In this document: positions 22,900-35,074 of the stretch, one piece after another
Position numbering within the stretch: position 1 is the first letter of the stretch
Layout of the letters: every line of letters begins with the position of its first letter
Assembly (NCBI GenBank): GCA_964019335.1
Contig: OZ025663.1
Coordinates: 620,001-684,000 of the forward strand
DNA from: Diplonema japonicum
Taxonomy: Eukaryota > Protista > Euglenozoa: Diplonemea
Direction: 5' to 3'
Length of the DNA: 64,000 bases
Notes under the pieces: model-generated
What the model was told of the DNA's origin: nothing
Seen by the model: the letters and a program-made list of their open reading frames with translations, nothing else
The model's database searches: none
Program-made: the position numbers and the translations under genes

Positions 22900-25431
22900 A
22901 TGCTACCCGCTATTTATGGAAGGCAGCGTTCTGCTCAGCCTCGCCCTAGGCCACCGGCAGAAAGGAGGAAAGGAAAAGGGCGGCAAAAGGTAATTAGTGT
23001 GAAGAAAAGCGAGTTGCAGGATGGACTGATGGACGTAGACATGTGGCGTGTAGTGGGTTCCACAAAGGATCAGATGGGCGTGAGGCTCCAGGTGCAGGTG
23101 TGGCTGGACAGCTTCAATCAGGAGAGGGAGAAGTACAAGAGCATCACAGCGTACGCAGAGCTGTTCTACGCTAGGGTGCTAGGGGCCACGGAAGCGCTGC
23201 CGGAGCCGAACTTGCTGCGTACAGCGACATGTATGATGCTACTTGAGCAGATCTCGTCTCTCTTTGAACGGTATAAACCGCTTTTCATGTCGCTATACGG
23301 TCAGCTAGAGCACGCAATCTTCATAGACACATACACGCCCCCAAGCATCGATGACCCTGCCATCAATGAGGTCCTGTGCTCGAAGTACATTCGCACCACG
23401 TACTTTGATGCCTACGCGGAGCTCCTCCAGCAGCACGACAAGCTGCAGAGCAAGTCCACCGCTATGGAGGACGCCATGACACGGCAGATGAAAGTCTTGC
23501 AACACGCCATCCGGACCTGGCAGCGCGCCTTCCTCGAAAAGGTCTTCTTAGGCTGGCGCGGCTACGTCACACGCCAAAAGCACATCCGCGAAAAATACAA
23601 ATCCATGTTCTCCAGTAACATCGCCAAGATCCGCATGCAGACTGCCTGGCGCAACTGGTGCGTGTCCCTGGACCACGTCAAGCTGCAATCCGCAAAAGAT
23701 GGAGCCAGCGCTGTGGGCTCCGCCGTCGAGCGCCTCAAAGCAAAATGCGACGCGCTACAAGAGGAACTCGAGGCCAAGGAGGCATTGCTGGATCAGAAAG
23801 AACAGAGAATCACCGCATTACAGCAGGAGAACGCGTCTTTAAAAAGTGATAAGAGAGCAGCTTATGAGAAGTACACAACATCGCAGAACACTGTCAGGAA
23901 GCTATGTAACTTCATTGCTGAACGGCTTTCCGAGCTGAAGTCCCCAAAACTGGACTGGCTTGCCAGACGTAGGGTCGAAGGGATGATCCAGCAATCCGAC
24001 GGAGGCCTAGACCTACTAGTGGCCTGGGCCAATGCACTGATCAAAGAGCAGTGCGGAGATCAGTATTTCATCTCAGATTTTGCAGAGCAGGTGCGCACAG
24101 GGAAGCCCTTTTTGTACCTTTTGCGGTCGATGGCCCCTGCGTACTGCAGCGAGGGGTGGCTCATCAGGTGCGTGGGGGAGATTGACGTCTCGAAACGTTG
24201 TGAGGAGGCCATCACCACTGCCAAGAGCATAGGTGTGATAGCGAACATCAAGGTGGAGGACATCCTGAAGGGGATGTTCGAAATCAATTACATGTTCCTG
24301 GCTCAATGCTTCAGAAGGTTTGCCGACCCTGGAGCCAGCAAGAGTAGAGTTATCCTGTGGGATTCTGCACCAGAAATATCTATGAGGGATCACTCCAACC
24401 ACGAAAAGGTGACACAAGAAGAATGGAGTGAGCGGTGGCAAAGCGCTGCAGAGGTGCAGAAAATGTGGGTAGACAAGGTGGCAGAGGTGAACATGAAGTT
24501 AGAAGAGGAGATGACGGACTCCATGAGGCGGGGGATGGCGAAGGTTGTGATGTCGAAGAAGCAGGACGAGCAGCAATCTCTGTACTGCGACGTGCCTTTG
24601 AACAGCTTTGCAGACCTGTTGTCGGCAACACGCGGGGCGGGCACGCCGAAGGAGATGCACATGAGGGTCGTGAAGATGTTGCGTAGCAATTACAACATAC
24701 TCCGCAAGGTGTTCAAGTACTATTGCATGGCCGACGCGCTGAAGGTGGGCAAGTCGGAAGCAGTTCTGGAAAGCATGTCGTTCGCGGAGTTTTCCAAGTT
24801 GCTGAGCGACTGCAAGTTGACAAAGATAAAGCCGAACCTGTCCCTCGTCATTGGGAGGCTGCGGCAGGACATCTCGATCTCGATCGGAGGGATTGCGTCG
24901 GGTACTCAGGATAGGATAAACCCAAAGGAGTTCAGTCTAGCATTGATCCACATCGCAGCGAAGAAATACAACGACGATGAGCTTGCTGATCGGTTACGCA
25001 GGTTGGTACATGAGCACATTGCACCTCATGCTAAAGCATCTGCAGCAGAGCAGTTCAAAGGGGAAGTGTACAGCCCTGCTGTGCAGTTCGTTATCGGTCA
25101 GTACAGAGACGACATAGGTAAGGCGTACCAAGAGGTCTCCAGGCAGGACCCTAGCCAGAAGAAGGACGCCAACATGACTATCGACATGAACGAATGGGTC
25201 ACCTTCGTGAAGAGCAATAGCCTCGTGGATGCCATGCTTACGATCCCCGCCGTCAAGCAGATCTTCCATAGCATCCAAGACGATGTGGAGGACGACTCAA
25301 CGCTTACCATGAACCTCTCCGAGTTCACCGAAGCCATCGCCTCCCTCTCCTTCTACAAATACCCTTCACCCTTCGAGCCCTTCTCCCAGCGTTTGCTTAG
25401 ATTCTTCAAAACAAACCTGTTTGACAAATGA
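22900..25431 (+). CDS. 843-aa coiled-coil protein with calponin-homology-like domain and C-terminal EF-hand-like repeats (probably cytoskeletal/flagellar)
   Basis: Long ORF. LLVAWANALI...ISDFAEQVRTGKPFLYLLRSMAP is CH-like. MSFAEFSKLLSD, IDMNEWVTFV and MNLSEFTEAI are EF-hand-like helices. Confidence 0.65.
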   Translation: MLPAIYGRQRSAQPRPRPPAERRKGKGRQKVISVKKSELQDGLMDVDMWRVVGSTKDQMGVRLQVQVWLDSFNQEREKYKSITAYAELFYARVLGATEALPEPNLLRTATCMMLLEQISSLFERYKPLFMSLYGQLEHAIFIDTYTPPSIDDPAINEVLCSKYIRTTYFDAYAELLQQHDKLQSKSTAMEDAMTRQMKVLQHAIRTWQRAFLEKVFLGWRGYVTRQKHIREKYKSMFSSNIAKIRMQTAWRNWCVSLDHVKLQSAKDGASAVGSAVERLKAKCDALQEELEAKEALLDQKEQRITALQQENASLKSDKRAAYEKYTTSQNTVRKLCNFIAERLSELKSPKLDWLARRRVEGMIQQSDGGLDLLVAWANALIKEQCGDQYFISDFAEQVRTGKPFLYLLRSMAPAYCSEGWLIRCVGEIDVSKRCEEAITTAKSIGVIANIKVEDILKGMFEINYMFLAQCFRRFADPGASKSRVILWDSAPEISMRDHSNHEKVTQEEWSERWQSAAEVQKMWVDKVAEVNMKLEEEMTDSMRRGMAKVVMSKKQDEQQSLYCDVPLNSFADLLSATRGAGTPKEMHMRVVKMLRSNYNILRKVFKYYCMADALKVGKSEAVLESMSFAEFSKLLSDCKLTKIKPNLSLVIGRLRQDISISIGGIASGTQDRINPKEFSLALIHIAAKKYNDDELADRLRRLVHEHIAPHAKASAAEQFKGEVYSPAVQFVIGQYRDDIGKAYQEVSRQDPSQKKDANMTIDMNEWVTFVKSNSLVDAMLTIPAVKQIFHSIQDDVEDDSTLTMNLSEFTEAIASLSFYKYPSPFEPFSQRLLRFFKTNLFDK

Positions 25432-25732
25432 GCCCGTTTCTACGGGTGCAGCTTGGTTTCTTTGTTTCATATCTCTAAGGTTTTATAAGAAGCTTCGAAA
25501 AACCACCGGGGCTTGATCTTTGGCAAGATATCAAAACCTTAGGTAGAGAGAGGGAGTACTGTCATATCGACTGCCCCCCCCCCCCCCCCCCCGTTTGAGA
25601 CATTTACTTAACTTTTGTGCTTTGAACACTTTAGATATGAGGCATTCCCTTCTTCTTTCTTTTTCTTCTCCAGTGTGTTACTCCTCACAGACGTGCAGAA
25701 CAGCAAAATGTCACATTGATTACTAAGCCACA

Positions 25733-27932
25733 ATGGGGTTTTTAGTCTTGCTGGTTTCTTTGCTGGCAGGGCGCTCGGTAATCAAGAATGGATCGGACCT
25801 GAAGGGGTACGGTCTAGTAGGGAACGGGGCGTGTGCGGGTGATGATAAGCTGGTGGTGTCTGGGTTGGGGTTCGCAAGAATGAATGTGTTTTCGTGTGTG
25901 CATCAGTGCGAGCAGATCTTTGGGGCCACCGAGTGCGCGGGCTACACCATGATATGGAAGCAGCAGAAAAAGCAGTTCAGCTGCATCATCCACGGCGTGC
26001 GCACGCCTGCAATCGACCAGCTGTGCACTTCGACCTCGAACTGCAAGCTGTTCCCGGAGGAGATGAATGCGAACCTAAACACTTCGGGTGACGTGTACCC
26101 GTCAGCTGTAATCCGGGGTTTGTGGAAGCGAGCAGTGTGCTACTCGAAAGAACACGGCCAGGCATGCCTTACAGAAGAGAACCTACCATGTATTTTGCCA
26201 ACTACTCTCGAACAGAGACTCTGGGACCATTGCTATGAGCTGTCTACAGGGGGGTCCTTGTGTGTCGCAGAGGCACAGGTAACACAAACTACAATGCGCT
26301 CCACCCGCAAAGCAAAATGCAAGTGCGTAGGCCTCAATGAAAGCTACCCTACACCCACCAGCACCACGCTGACTCTTGTCGAAAGTGACAGTGATGGGAC
26401 CGAAGACTACAGCATCTTTGTCTACATGCTGGCGGCGGGGGTGCTGGCACTGTCGTTGTTTATCTGCTGCTACGCATTGTTCAAGATATACAGCAGACAA
26501 GTGGAATGCGACTCCGGTAAGTGCGACACATTGCTGATAGAGAAGTGCGACGAAGATGGCGACCACACGGTGCAGGACTTGGGGGTGCTGTTGAACGACG
26601 ATGCGCCGTCGGTGCAATCGGTGCGGTCCATGGCGACGAAGAAGCAGGAGTCACAGTCAAGCAGCAGTGGTGGGAAGGCGATGGACTCCCTTCTGCTATG
26701 GACAGAGTCGGTGGCCACCAACAACCCGCTGAAAATGAAGGACGGGAACACAGGGAGCAGCTGCAGCTTGTCAACGAACTCGAAGCAGTCGTCGAAGACG
26801 TCGAGAAACTCACGGCACTCTGAGAGAACGAAAATCACGGTGGGAGAGAACACGGAGAGCGTAACGCAGCTGCACACCATCAAGGAGTCAGACCTGCTTG
26901 GCGTCGGTGCCTTTGGGTCAGTGTACCGCGCGTTGGGCGATACAGGTGAGCTGTTCGCTGTAAAGCGGATACGCCTCGTTCCCGGCATCGACTTGGAAGG
27001 GGCGAAGAATGAATATAAGCTGATGTCGGAACTGGCTCACCCGAACATAGTGAAGGTGCGTGACTTCGTCAGCGGCCCCGACACAGTACGCATCATCATG
27101 GAGTTCCTGGCGGGGGGGTCCATCGTCAAGCTGCTCAACGAGTTCGGTGCTCTTCCCAGAAAAGCAATCATCCTATACACCAACCAGATTCTGAACGGCC
27201 TGTCGCACCTGCATGAGAACGGCATCGTGCACTCAGACATCAAGCCCGCGAACATCCTTGTGCACTCCACAGGCGACGTCAAGCTCACCGATTTTGGTCT
27301 GTCTCGGTTCGCCATGCAGTCCACGCACCACAACCTCCAGAAGGAGGCAAAGCTCTCCTTCAACAAGTTGCAAACAACAGGCATCTCTCCTTCCACCTCC
27401 CCGCTCTCTTTTGAGGTATGTCGGTTTTGGGGTTCCCCCCCCCCCCCCCCCCCCTTTCCATAACTATGTTAACACAGTCTACCCGTGTCATTACCACGCT
27501 TGGCACTGGGACCCTAGAGGGCACCATCCCATACATGTCCCCTAATGTAGTACGCTATCTGCATTACACACCCCAGGTATGAGTAAAGTGTTTAGAAAAA
27601 AAAAAGAAGAAAAAAAAAAGAAAAAACAAAAAAAAAAAAAAAACAGTCGGACATATGGGCTGTTGGGTGCACTGTAAGTGAGATGCTGACAGGGGATGCA
27701 CCTTGGGCTGCGTGTAGGCACAATGAGGAGGTGTGCTGAAAGGAGATGGGGGGGGTGAAAGAACACACAGGATATACTGCTGCGCATTGGAGAGGGGCAA
27801 CGCCCCGACGAAGAGCTGCAGAACTCTAAGAGGAACGAGAAGAATGAGAAAGAGGGCAACTTGCTCACGTTTCTTGACTGTTGCTTTCAAGCTGAAGACA
27901 CAAAGGACACAGCCAGGTATAATATTAAGAAA

Positions 27933-27970
<38 letters not shown>

Positions 27971-28015
27971 GTCCTGCTCAAGCACCCCTTCTTCGAGCCC
28001 ATCCAACCATCATAA
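25733..28015 (+). CDS. Receptor-type Ser/Thr kinase (STE/MAP3K-like), ~685 aa: signal peptide, Cys-rich ectodomain, TM, kinase; 5 exons
   Basis: LGVGAFGSVY, FAVK, HSDIKPANIL, DFG. Introns 27416-27477, 27577-27646, 27731-27770 and 27917-27969 restore GTIPYMSP, SDIWAVGCTVSEMLTGDAPW and LLKHPFF, ending at TAA 28013-28015. Confidence 0.88.
27933..27968. repeat. (CA)n microsatellite forming most of a kinase intron
   Basis: About 18 AC/CA units running directly into the acceptor AG at 27968-27969. Confidence 0.9.
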
Positions 28016-30186
28016 AATGAAAAGAAGAAACATAGAAAGCTTTATAAAAAAGGATTTTATCCAGCTGTTTTTTTTTTTTTTTTTTACGGTGTCCCTTACC
28101 TGGAAAAGGAGGAAAAAAAAAGGAAAAAAAAAAAAAGAAAACAAACGCGACAAAAGAGGAACCCTTTTTTTTCTTCTTCTTGGAGGTTCTGTGGCACAGC
28201 GAGGGCGTCTCTAGAGGGGTATCATAAGATAGGCACCACCCCCTACTGCCATGAAGGTTTTTTTTTTTTTTTTTTTTTTTTTTCTTGGGAAGGGCAAATT
28301 CACTTATCCAACAAAAAAAGGTTCAAAGTTCATTAAATACCTTTTTAAAAAAAAAAAAAAAAAAACCGAGGGAAGGTGAAGGAACGGATTTACTATGCGA
28401 AGGGTAATTTTTCTTCTCCCCCCCCCCCCCCCCCCCCCCTCGGCACTTGAAACATATGAAAGCTATTTCCCCCTCCTCCTCCATCGTGTAGCGATTGCCT
28501 AGAGAAAAGCAGATAAATGTCCCATTTTTGGCGGATAGTTGAGGAGTCGATCCCCTTCATCATCCTCCCTCTTTGTGGATTCAGTTATTCATTCAAGAAG
28601 AGAAAAGAAGCAAAAAAAAAAAAAAAAAAAAAAAGAAAAGAGTTGTTCAAAAGCACCCCTCCTTTCCCCCTTTTGTATTGTGTTTTGTTATGTTGCAATT
28701 TTTTTTTTCCCATTGTTTCTAACAAGACAAGTGGGACAGCATCGTGAGTGTCGGGTAGAAGTCTGTAAGCTTAGAACCCGAATTACGTTACCGGCGTTCC
28801 TGAAAAAAAGAAAAAAAAAGAAAGAGAAAAACAAGAGAGTTTCCCCGGGGCATGGCAATGAGGAAGAAAAAGCGTGGGTGGTATGAGTGGCATGTATTTT
28901 ATTTTATTTTCTTCCTTCTTTTTCCAAAAAAAAAAAAAATAGTTTCTTCCTTCATTTCTTTTTTGAATTGAACAGGTGTATTGAGCCGTTATCAACATCC
29001 AACATTAGTGGACATGGCCTTTATTGTAATAAAAAAAAAAAGAAAATATGAGAAACACCCCCTTTTTTTTCTTTTATAGGAAGCCTCCCACAAAGCCAGC
29101 ACGTCCTGTGTCACAAACTTCTCGAAGACCCATCGGATGTATTTTCCTTCTTGTCGTGCATCCGAAAATACAAAAGGAGGTCAACAAGGAAAATAATAAA
29201 AAAAAAAGAAGAGAAAGTTTTTTTTTTTTTTTTTTTTTTTTTGTTGACACAATGTGGTTTTGCTTAAATTCTATTTTTTTTATATTTTTTTTTATTCCAG
29301 TGGTGTCGCTTTGTTCATCTCCCCCCTCCTTTTTTTTTTTTTTACCCTCCCACCCAATGCTTACCATAATCATGTGGAGGGGGGGGGGATAAGCTACCCC
29401 ATGCTGTAAGAATTTCAGAAAAAAGAAAGTTAGCGCCAAAAAGAAAAAAGAGTAGTGGTAACATTGCTGGGCTTATCCTTCTACAGGTTAACCCCGGCTG
29501 TGCACAACCAACAATCAACCGACTCTTTTTTTTTTTTTTTCCGTGTTGTTTTTTTCTGTGTTTTTTTTTTTTATATATATTGGCGTTGCTTTGTGATTGA
29601 ACTTTCTTCCTTCTTTCCGTCACCTTTTTTTCTTTTTTCTTTTTTTTTTCTTTCTTTCCGGCCAGTCCCCGCTATATTTCCCGCCAATCCCCGCTCATAT
29701 ACCACTGTGTATGCACGGGGGAAAGGGCAAACAAAAAAGAAAAAAAAAAAAAAAAAAAAGAAAGAAAAAAAAAGAAGGGAAAAAAAAAAGAGAGAGAAGA
29801 AACGCACGCACGCGCAAGGCACACACAATACAATAGAAAAATACCTGGGTTTCACCCATTTTTTTCGGTGTTGCCATAGTTTAGTGGAGAGAGGAGATGT
29901 CTCGGTTCTGGTAGCAGTGGTTGCTATCTTCTGGATCTGGGGACAAGACGGGGTAGAGGAGTCTCGAGACCTTTCCAGAAGTAAGTTTGGATTGCCAGTC
30001 CAGGTGCTATGGTGCTGGAATGCTATGAGCTAACGCCAGATAACTAGTTCAACGCTGAGTTTGATATTGATAAATCCCCCTTGGTTCTTTTGCTTTTTAA
30101 GTGAAAAGAAAGAAAAAAAAGAAAGAAGGAGCGCCCCCCCACAACACTCAGTATTTTCGTCCACTCCATTTTTATCCCCCCCTCCC

Positions 30187-30224
<38 letters not shown>

Positions 30225-30274
30225 GTCTTTTCGTCTTTTTCTTCGCTTTTTTTTCCCCTCCCTTCTGTTATCCA

Positions 30275-30337
<63 letters not shown>

Positions 30338-30370
30338 AGAAGAAGAAGGGGGAAAAAAACGCAAGAAAAC

Positions 30371-30496
30371 ATGTCGCACACAATCCTTTTGTGCCAGCCA
30401 ACGAAACAGAAGAGCAGCCGAATATATTCGGACTATGAAACACTAGGCGAAGCACTTGATGGGGTTTGTCATATGGTATGAGATAGAGTTCCCCTA

Positions 30497-30527
<31 letters not shown>

Positions 30528-30831
30528 CTTCTTCCTAGTATGAGACGAGGCTTAAACAGGAGAACCCCCGGGCAGTTGATATCCAATATGATGTGGCAGA
30601 CCTTGTATGAAAAAAAGAAGTTTTTTCTTTTTCAGGGGCGTCTCACAAGGACTTCCTTTAACTCATATTTATTCTTTTTTCTTTTTTTATACCTAAACAC
30701 TCTTAGCTTCATTTCGTAGACTCCCTTCTTGATATATCTTTCATGGTTTTCGACAAACCAAGTAAGGTGTATAAGCCCTTTGGACGGGATTGGGTGAAGA
30801 ACAAGGTATAACACACCGCATAAAAATAAAA

Positions 30832-30892
<61 letters not shown>

Positions 30893-30927
30893 AGGTGTAT
30901 TCACACCTCAAAAAGCAAGCTTGTTGA
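30371..30927 (+). CDS. ERH: Enhancer of rudimentary homolog, 100 aa, 4 exons
   Basis: Exons 30371-30475, 30539-30604, 30707-30805 and 30895-30927 give MSHTILLCQPTKQKSSRIYSDYETLGEALDGVCHM-YETRLKQENPRAVDIQYDVADL-LHFVDSLLDISFMVFDKPSKVYKPFGRDWVKNK-VYSHLKKQAC*, matching the ERH consensus along its whole length. Confidence 0.95.
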
Positions 30928-31168
30928 GAAAGAAGAGAATTATGTAGAAAGAAAAAGAGAATAAAGGGGGGGATGAAAAAAGCGAGAGCCTGAGGGGGGG
31001 GGGGGGGGGGGGGAGGAATGAAACCGAGACGCGAAAGACGGAAGACGACCAATAGGAAAAAAAAAGGAAAAGGAAACAAAAAGAAAAAGAAATAGTGTAA
31101 TGCCCAAACTTGCTGACGAAAATAAAAGTAAAAAGGAGGGAAGGGGGGGGGGGGGGGGGGGGGTAACC

Positions 31169-31798
31169 ATGGCATCACCGATGCAAAGGTTTCACACAAC
31201 AAAGAAGGCTGTCGTCGAGGTGCCGTGTGTGGTGGGGCAGCTGACGCGTGTGAGGAATGAGTCCCCTAGCGCCGCGTTCTTAAGCATCACGTTCAAGGAG
31301 CCCAGCAGATTAAATTATTTAGTTTTCCAGAACTACTACGCGCACAGTGTCATGGTGCAGCACGCCGACCAGGCCAGTGCTCAGGGGTGGAAGACGGTGA
31401 TGCGAGACTACAAGCTCATGCGCAACCCCCACCAGGAGAGCGACGCGCAGGAGTATCACTGCATCGATGTGTTCAAGACATTCAGCAGGACGTTCGATTG
31501 CTTCCGTGTCACCTCCCTTCGCCTCGTGCTCACGCAGCCATCGCCCCAGTGGGCGTCCTACTCCCTGCACAATGTCAAGGCTTACGCCTTGCACGATGTG
31601 GTGCCCAAGCCCCCCCCGCCCTTCGTCCACCCTGCTGCTGTCAACGCAGCTTCTGAGGTCCTCTCCATCGCACGCACTATCAAAGCCCACCGCACTGCAT
31701 ACGCCCAACAAGACCCTGCCAACATGCACCTCAGCAAAGAGCCGCTCGAGACGCTAATACAAACCGCGCAGAACGCTGAAATCGTTGAACTGAAATAG
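31169..31798 (+). CDS. NICN1: Nicolin-1-like protein (tubulin polyglutamylase complex subunit)
   Basis: FQNYY, WKTVMRDYKLMRNPHQESDAQ and LRLVLTQPSPQWASYSL are characteristic nicolin-1 blocks. Start taken at the ATG after the G-run. Confidence 0.82.
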   Translation: MASPMQRFHTTKKAVVEVPCVVGQLTRVRNESPSAAFLSITFKEPSRLNYLVFQNYYAHSVMVQHADQASAQGWKTVMRDYKLMRNPHQESDAQEYHCIDVFKTFSRTFDCFRVTSLRLVLTQPSPQWASYSLHNVKAYALHDVVPKPPPPFVHPAAVNAASEVLSIARTIKAHRTAYAQQDPANMHLSKEPLETLIQTAQNAEIVELK

Positions 31799-31986
31799 TA
31801 GATAAGTGAGGTGGAGGGGTGAGGAGACGTGGGGGGTCTTTCCCCCGCGTGCACAAGCAGATTTAAGCATCGACACTTTTTTTTTTTTTTTTTTAATTGA
31901 AGAAAAACCGGAAGAAAAAATAAGAAAGAAAATAAATAGATTAGCTAGTACTCACTAATGCACCCACCTTCAGGAGGGATGCCACA

Positions 31987-33886
31987 ATGACTTCGCAGCT
32001 GCAGCAGGAACGCGATGAGCTGCGCGAGGAGGTCGCCCGGCTAGTGGCGAGCAATGAGGAGCTCTCGAAGGAGCTGGATGAGATCACAAAGACAGTCGTG
32101 CGCATGCAGGTTGCTGGCCAGCAGCAGGACACAGGAGACAAGAAGAAGTCGCGCTTCGACAGACTCGTCGACCGTGTAAAGGATTCGAAGGACGTCGCTG
32201 AACTACAGGCAGAGAACGAGGTCCTCAGTGCACAGATCGTGTTGCACAAGAGCGAAGCGACCAGGCTGCACGCTATGGAGCAGAACACAACGCACTTGCA
32301 AGCCTTCATCCGCGACACTCAACTGGAGTTGAACAAGAAAACCGAAGAGCTTAAGGAATTGCATGCGAACCCCGACTCCCTGCTGGGCATTGTAACCAAT
32401 GAGCGCGACGAGCTCCGCAGTGAGATGGCCGCCCTGCAGCAAAGCATGAAAGACATGGAGGCTGACAATGCGAAGAAGATGCAAGAAATGCAAACACAGC
32501 ACGAGGAGAACCTGACACTCGACAGGCGGATGCAGTCACGGAACATGAATGTGCGTGACTCGAAGGTATCGCAAATGAAGGAAACCAACGAAGCGCTCAC
32601 AGCAAAGCTGGAGATCACCAAAAAGAAGCTGGACGAGGAGGTAGCAAGGAGTGAGGCACGTCACAAAGACCTGCAGCAGAAGGTCCTCGACTGCGCGGCA
32701 TGGAAGGACCAGTGCGAACACATGGGGTCGCAGCTCATCAAGCATGAGGACACGGAGAACAACGCAAGAAATTTAAGTGAGACGCTTGTTGACCTGGAGG
32801 AGCAAACCAGAATAGAGAAAGAAGGAAGGAAAAAAGCAGAGATGCAAGTAAGCGATATGCGAGCACAGATGGAACGGCTGAGCAGCGCGCTAGCGGAGCA
32901 CCAGCTGCAACACGATGAGGTGGAGAACCTGCGGAAGAGTGTCAAGACGCAGACAGCGGCTGTGGCGTCGCTGAAGGAGGAGCTAAGGATGGGGGAGGAC
33001 ACCATGAAGAACAACCAGTTGGGGTATGACAACATGAAGAAGGATTTGCATGCTGCTTTGAAGGTGGTTGCGGAGAGGGATGCTCTACTGGAAACCCTGC
33101 AGCAGCACGGCAAGGCTGAGGCAGAGACCGCTATGCGTGGCATCGTGAGCGAGGCTGTCAATGCCGCCATCATGCAAAGCGAGTGGTGCACAGAGCTAGA
33201 GGAACGGAGGGAAGAGGTCAGGCAGCTTGGGGTGGAATTGGCAGCTACACGGCAGAAGATAATCGATGTCAAAGGCGAACACAAAATAGGAGTATGCACA
33301 ACCCACCTTCACACGTACCACCCACCAGACACGGAAAAAGGACAACTTAATCAAAGAGCTGCAAGCGTCTCTCCGGAACACCTCGCACAACAATCTAGAC
33401 GAGATATCACAATGCACGCCTGAGAGAAGAGGAAGCCACCTGTTGCTCCCGTCGCCTTCTGCTTCTTCGTTCCAAGACCCCATGTCACTCTCTGTGAATT
33501 CGGGTCAGGATGTCACATTGCTACAAAAGGAAGAAACAGCGTTGATCCACCGCGTGGCAGCGCTGAAGGAGGCCAACTGGAAGCTTGAAGAGGAAAAAAG
33601 GAACAAGCTGGTTACGATTAAATACCTGCAAGAGGATAATGAGAAGAAGAGCACCATTATTAACCACTGGCTGTCCGGCCCTGCTGCAGAGATGCTACTC
33701 AAGAACAAATCAAAGCTCAGCACTCCATCGAAGGGGGGCACCTGGCTTTCAGCAATCGTCCCAGGCAGCACAGGGAGTACCGGGGCTTCTAGTACCTCTA
33801 TGCAATCTTTGATCCAGGACACTTTGGCTGAGAATATAAAACTGCATAAAAAGATCGAGACCATGGAGAAGCGGCTCAAGGGATAG
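31987..33886 (+). CDS. Long coiled-coil protein, GRIPAP1/CCDC186-like, ~620 aa, 2 exons
   Basis: Intron 33292-33328 joins the two ORFs in frame. C-terminal LIHRVAALKEANWKLEEE...EDNEKKSTII and QSLIQDTLAENIKLHKKIETM resemble this family's conserved tail. Confidence 0.65.
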
Positions 33887-35016
33887 GGGGATGGGAAGGG
33901 GGGGGGGGGGGGGGGAGTATTCATTTGTTTTTGTTTTTTTTGTTTTTTTTTTTGGGGCATTTAAAACAGTCAGTAAGTCTTCTTCGAAATTTCTAAAGAG
34001 AAAAAGGGGGCGGGAATTTTTAAAGAAGAAAGAAGAAAGCATGTTTATCTGTATGATATAATTTTGGTATACTGTAAATCTTTTCTGGGCTTCCCGTGGA
34101 GGCGGGGGGGGAGAAAAAAAGAGAGAGGGGGGAGCATAAGTTCCGTCGGGACAAGAAAACCTTTTTTCAGGACACCTTTTTTCAGAGGCAAGCGTTTTTT
34201 CTTTTTTGTTTTTTTTTTTGTTTTGTTATTGCTTCGCTCTGCAGCTTCAGTTTCTTTTCCATTTTTTTTTCTTTCCGGAAGAAGATAATAAGAGGTTTTT
34301 ATAGGAGTTTTCTTTTTTTTTTTTTTTTTTTGAAAAGTCAATATGTCTGCTTGTGGGGTCTTTTCCCTGATAAAAAGAAAAAGGGAACAAAGAAAAAAGA
34401 AAAAGAAAAACGAAAAATGAGGGGGGTATTCCAGATTTGTAAAATGTGTCCGATGCTGTTTTCTCCAATAGGCAATTCCCAATTAAAAATAGAGTAAAGA
34501 GAGAAAGAAAAAAAAAAAGATAAGGAAGAGCTGTTAAAAAAGACAGCCCCCCCCCTCCCTCCCCCCACATTTCTTTTCTTTTCTTTTGTTACTTTCCCCA
34601 TTCCCTCCCTCCGATAACCCCCCTCTCTTTCGAAGAAAAGGGGGGGAAGAGAAAACGGAGTAAATTATAATGAGAGAAGGGGTTTTTTCAAAAGGAAGGA
34701 TATTCATGCACAAAAAGAAGGAAAGAAGATACGCTTGTACCCTCAGTACCAACAGAAGAAGTACTTGTCCTAACATGCTGCAGAAGAGAGTGCTTACACC
34801 TCCCTGAGAACCGACGTGACAGCCGACAGGCGAGAGCCGTCTGTGCTGGACAGCACACTGCAATTGTAGACCGAGTTTTTTCTTCTTTTTTTTTCTCTAT
34901 TCTTTTTTTTCTTTCTTTCTTTTTTTTTTTTTTTATGTTGTCTTGATAATATCTCAAATCTCTGGGTCTCTGTCCCGTCCCCGCCTTTTTTTTTCTTCTT
35001 TTTTTGAGTCGGAAGG

Positions 35017-35055
<39 letters not shown>

Positions 35056-35074
35056 AGAGAGAAAAGAAAAAACA

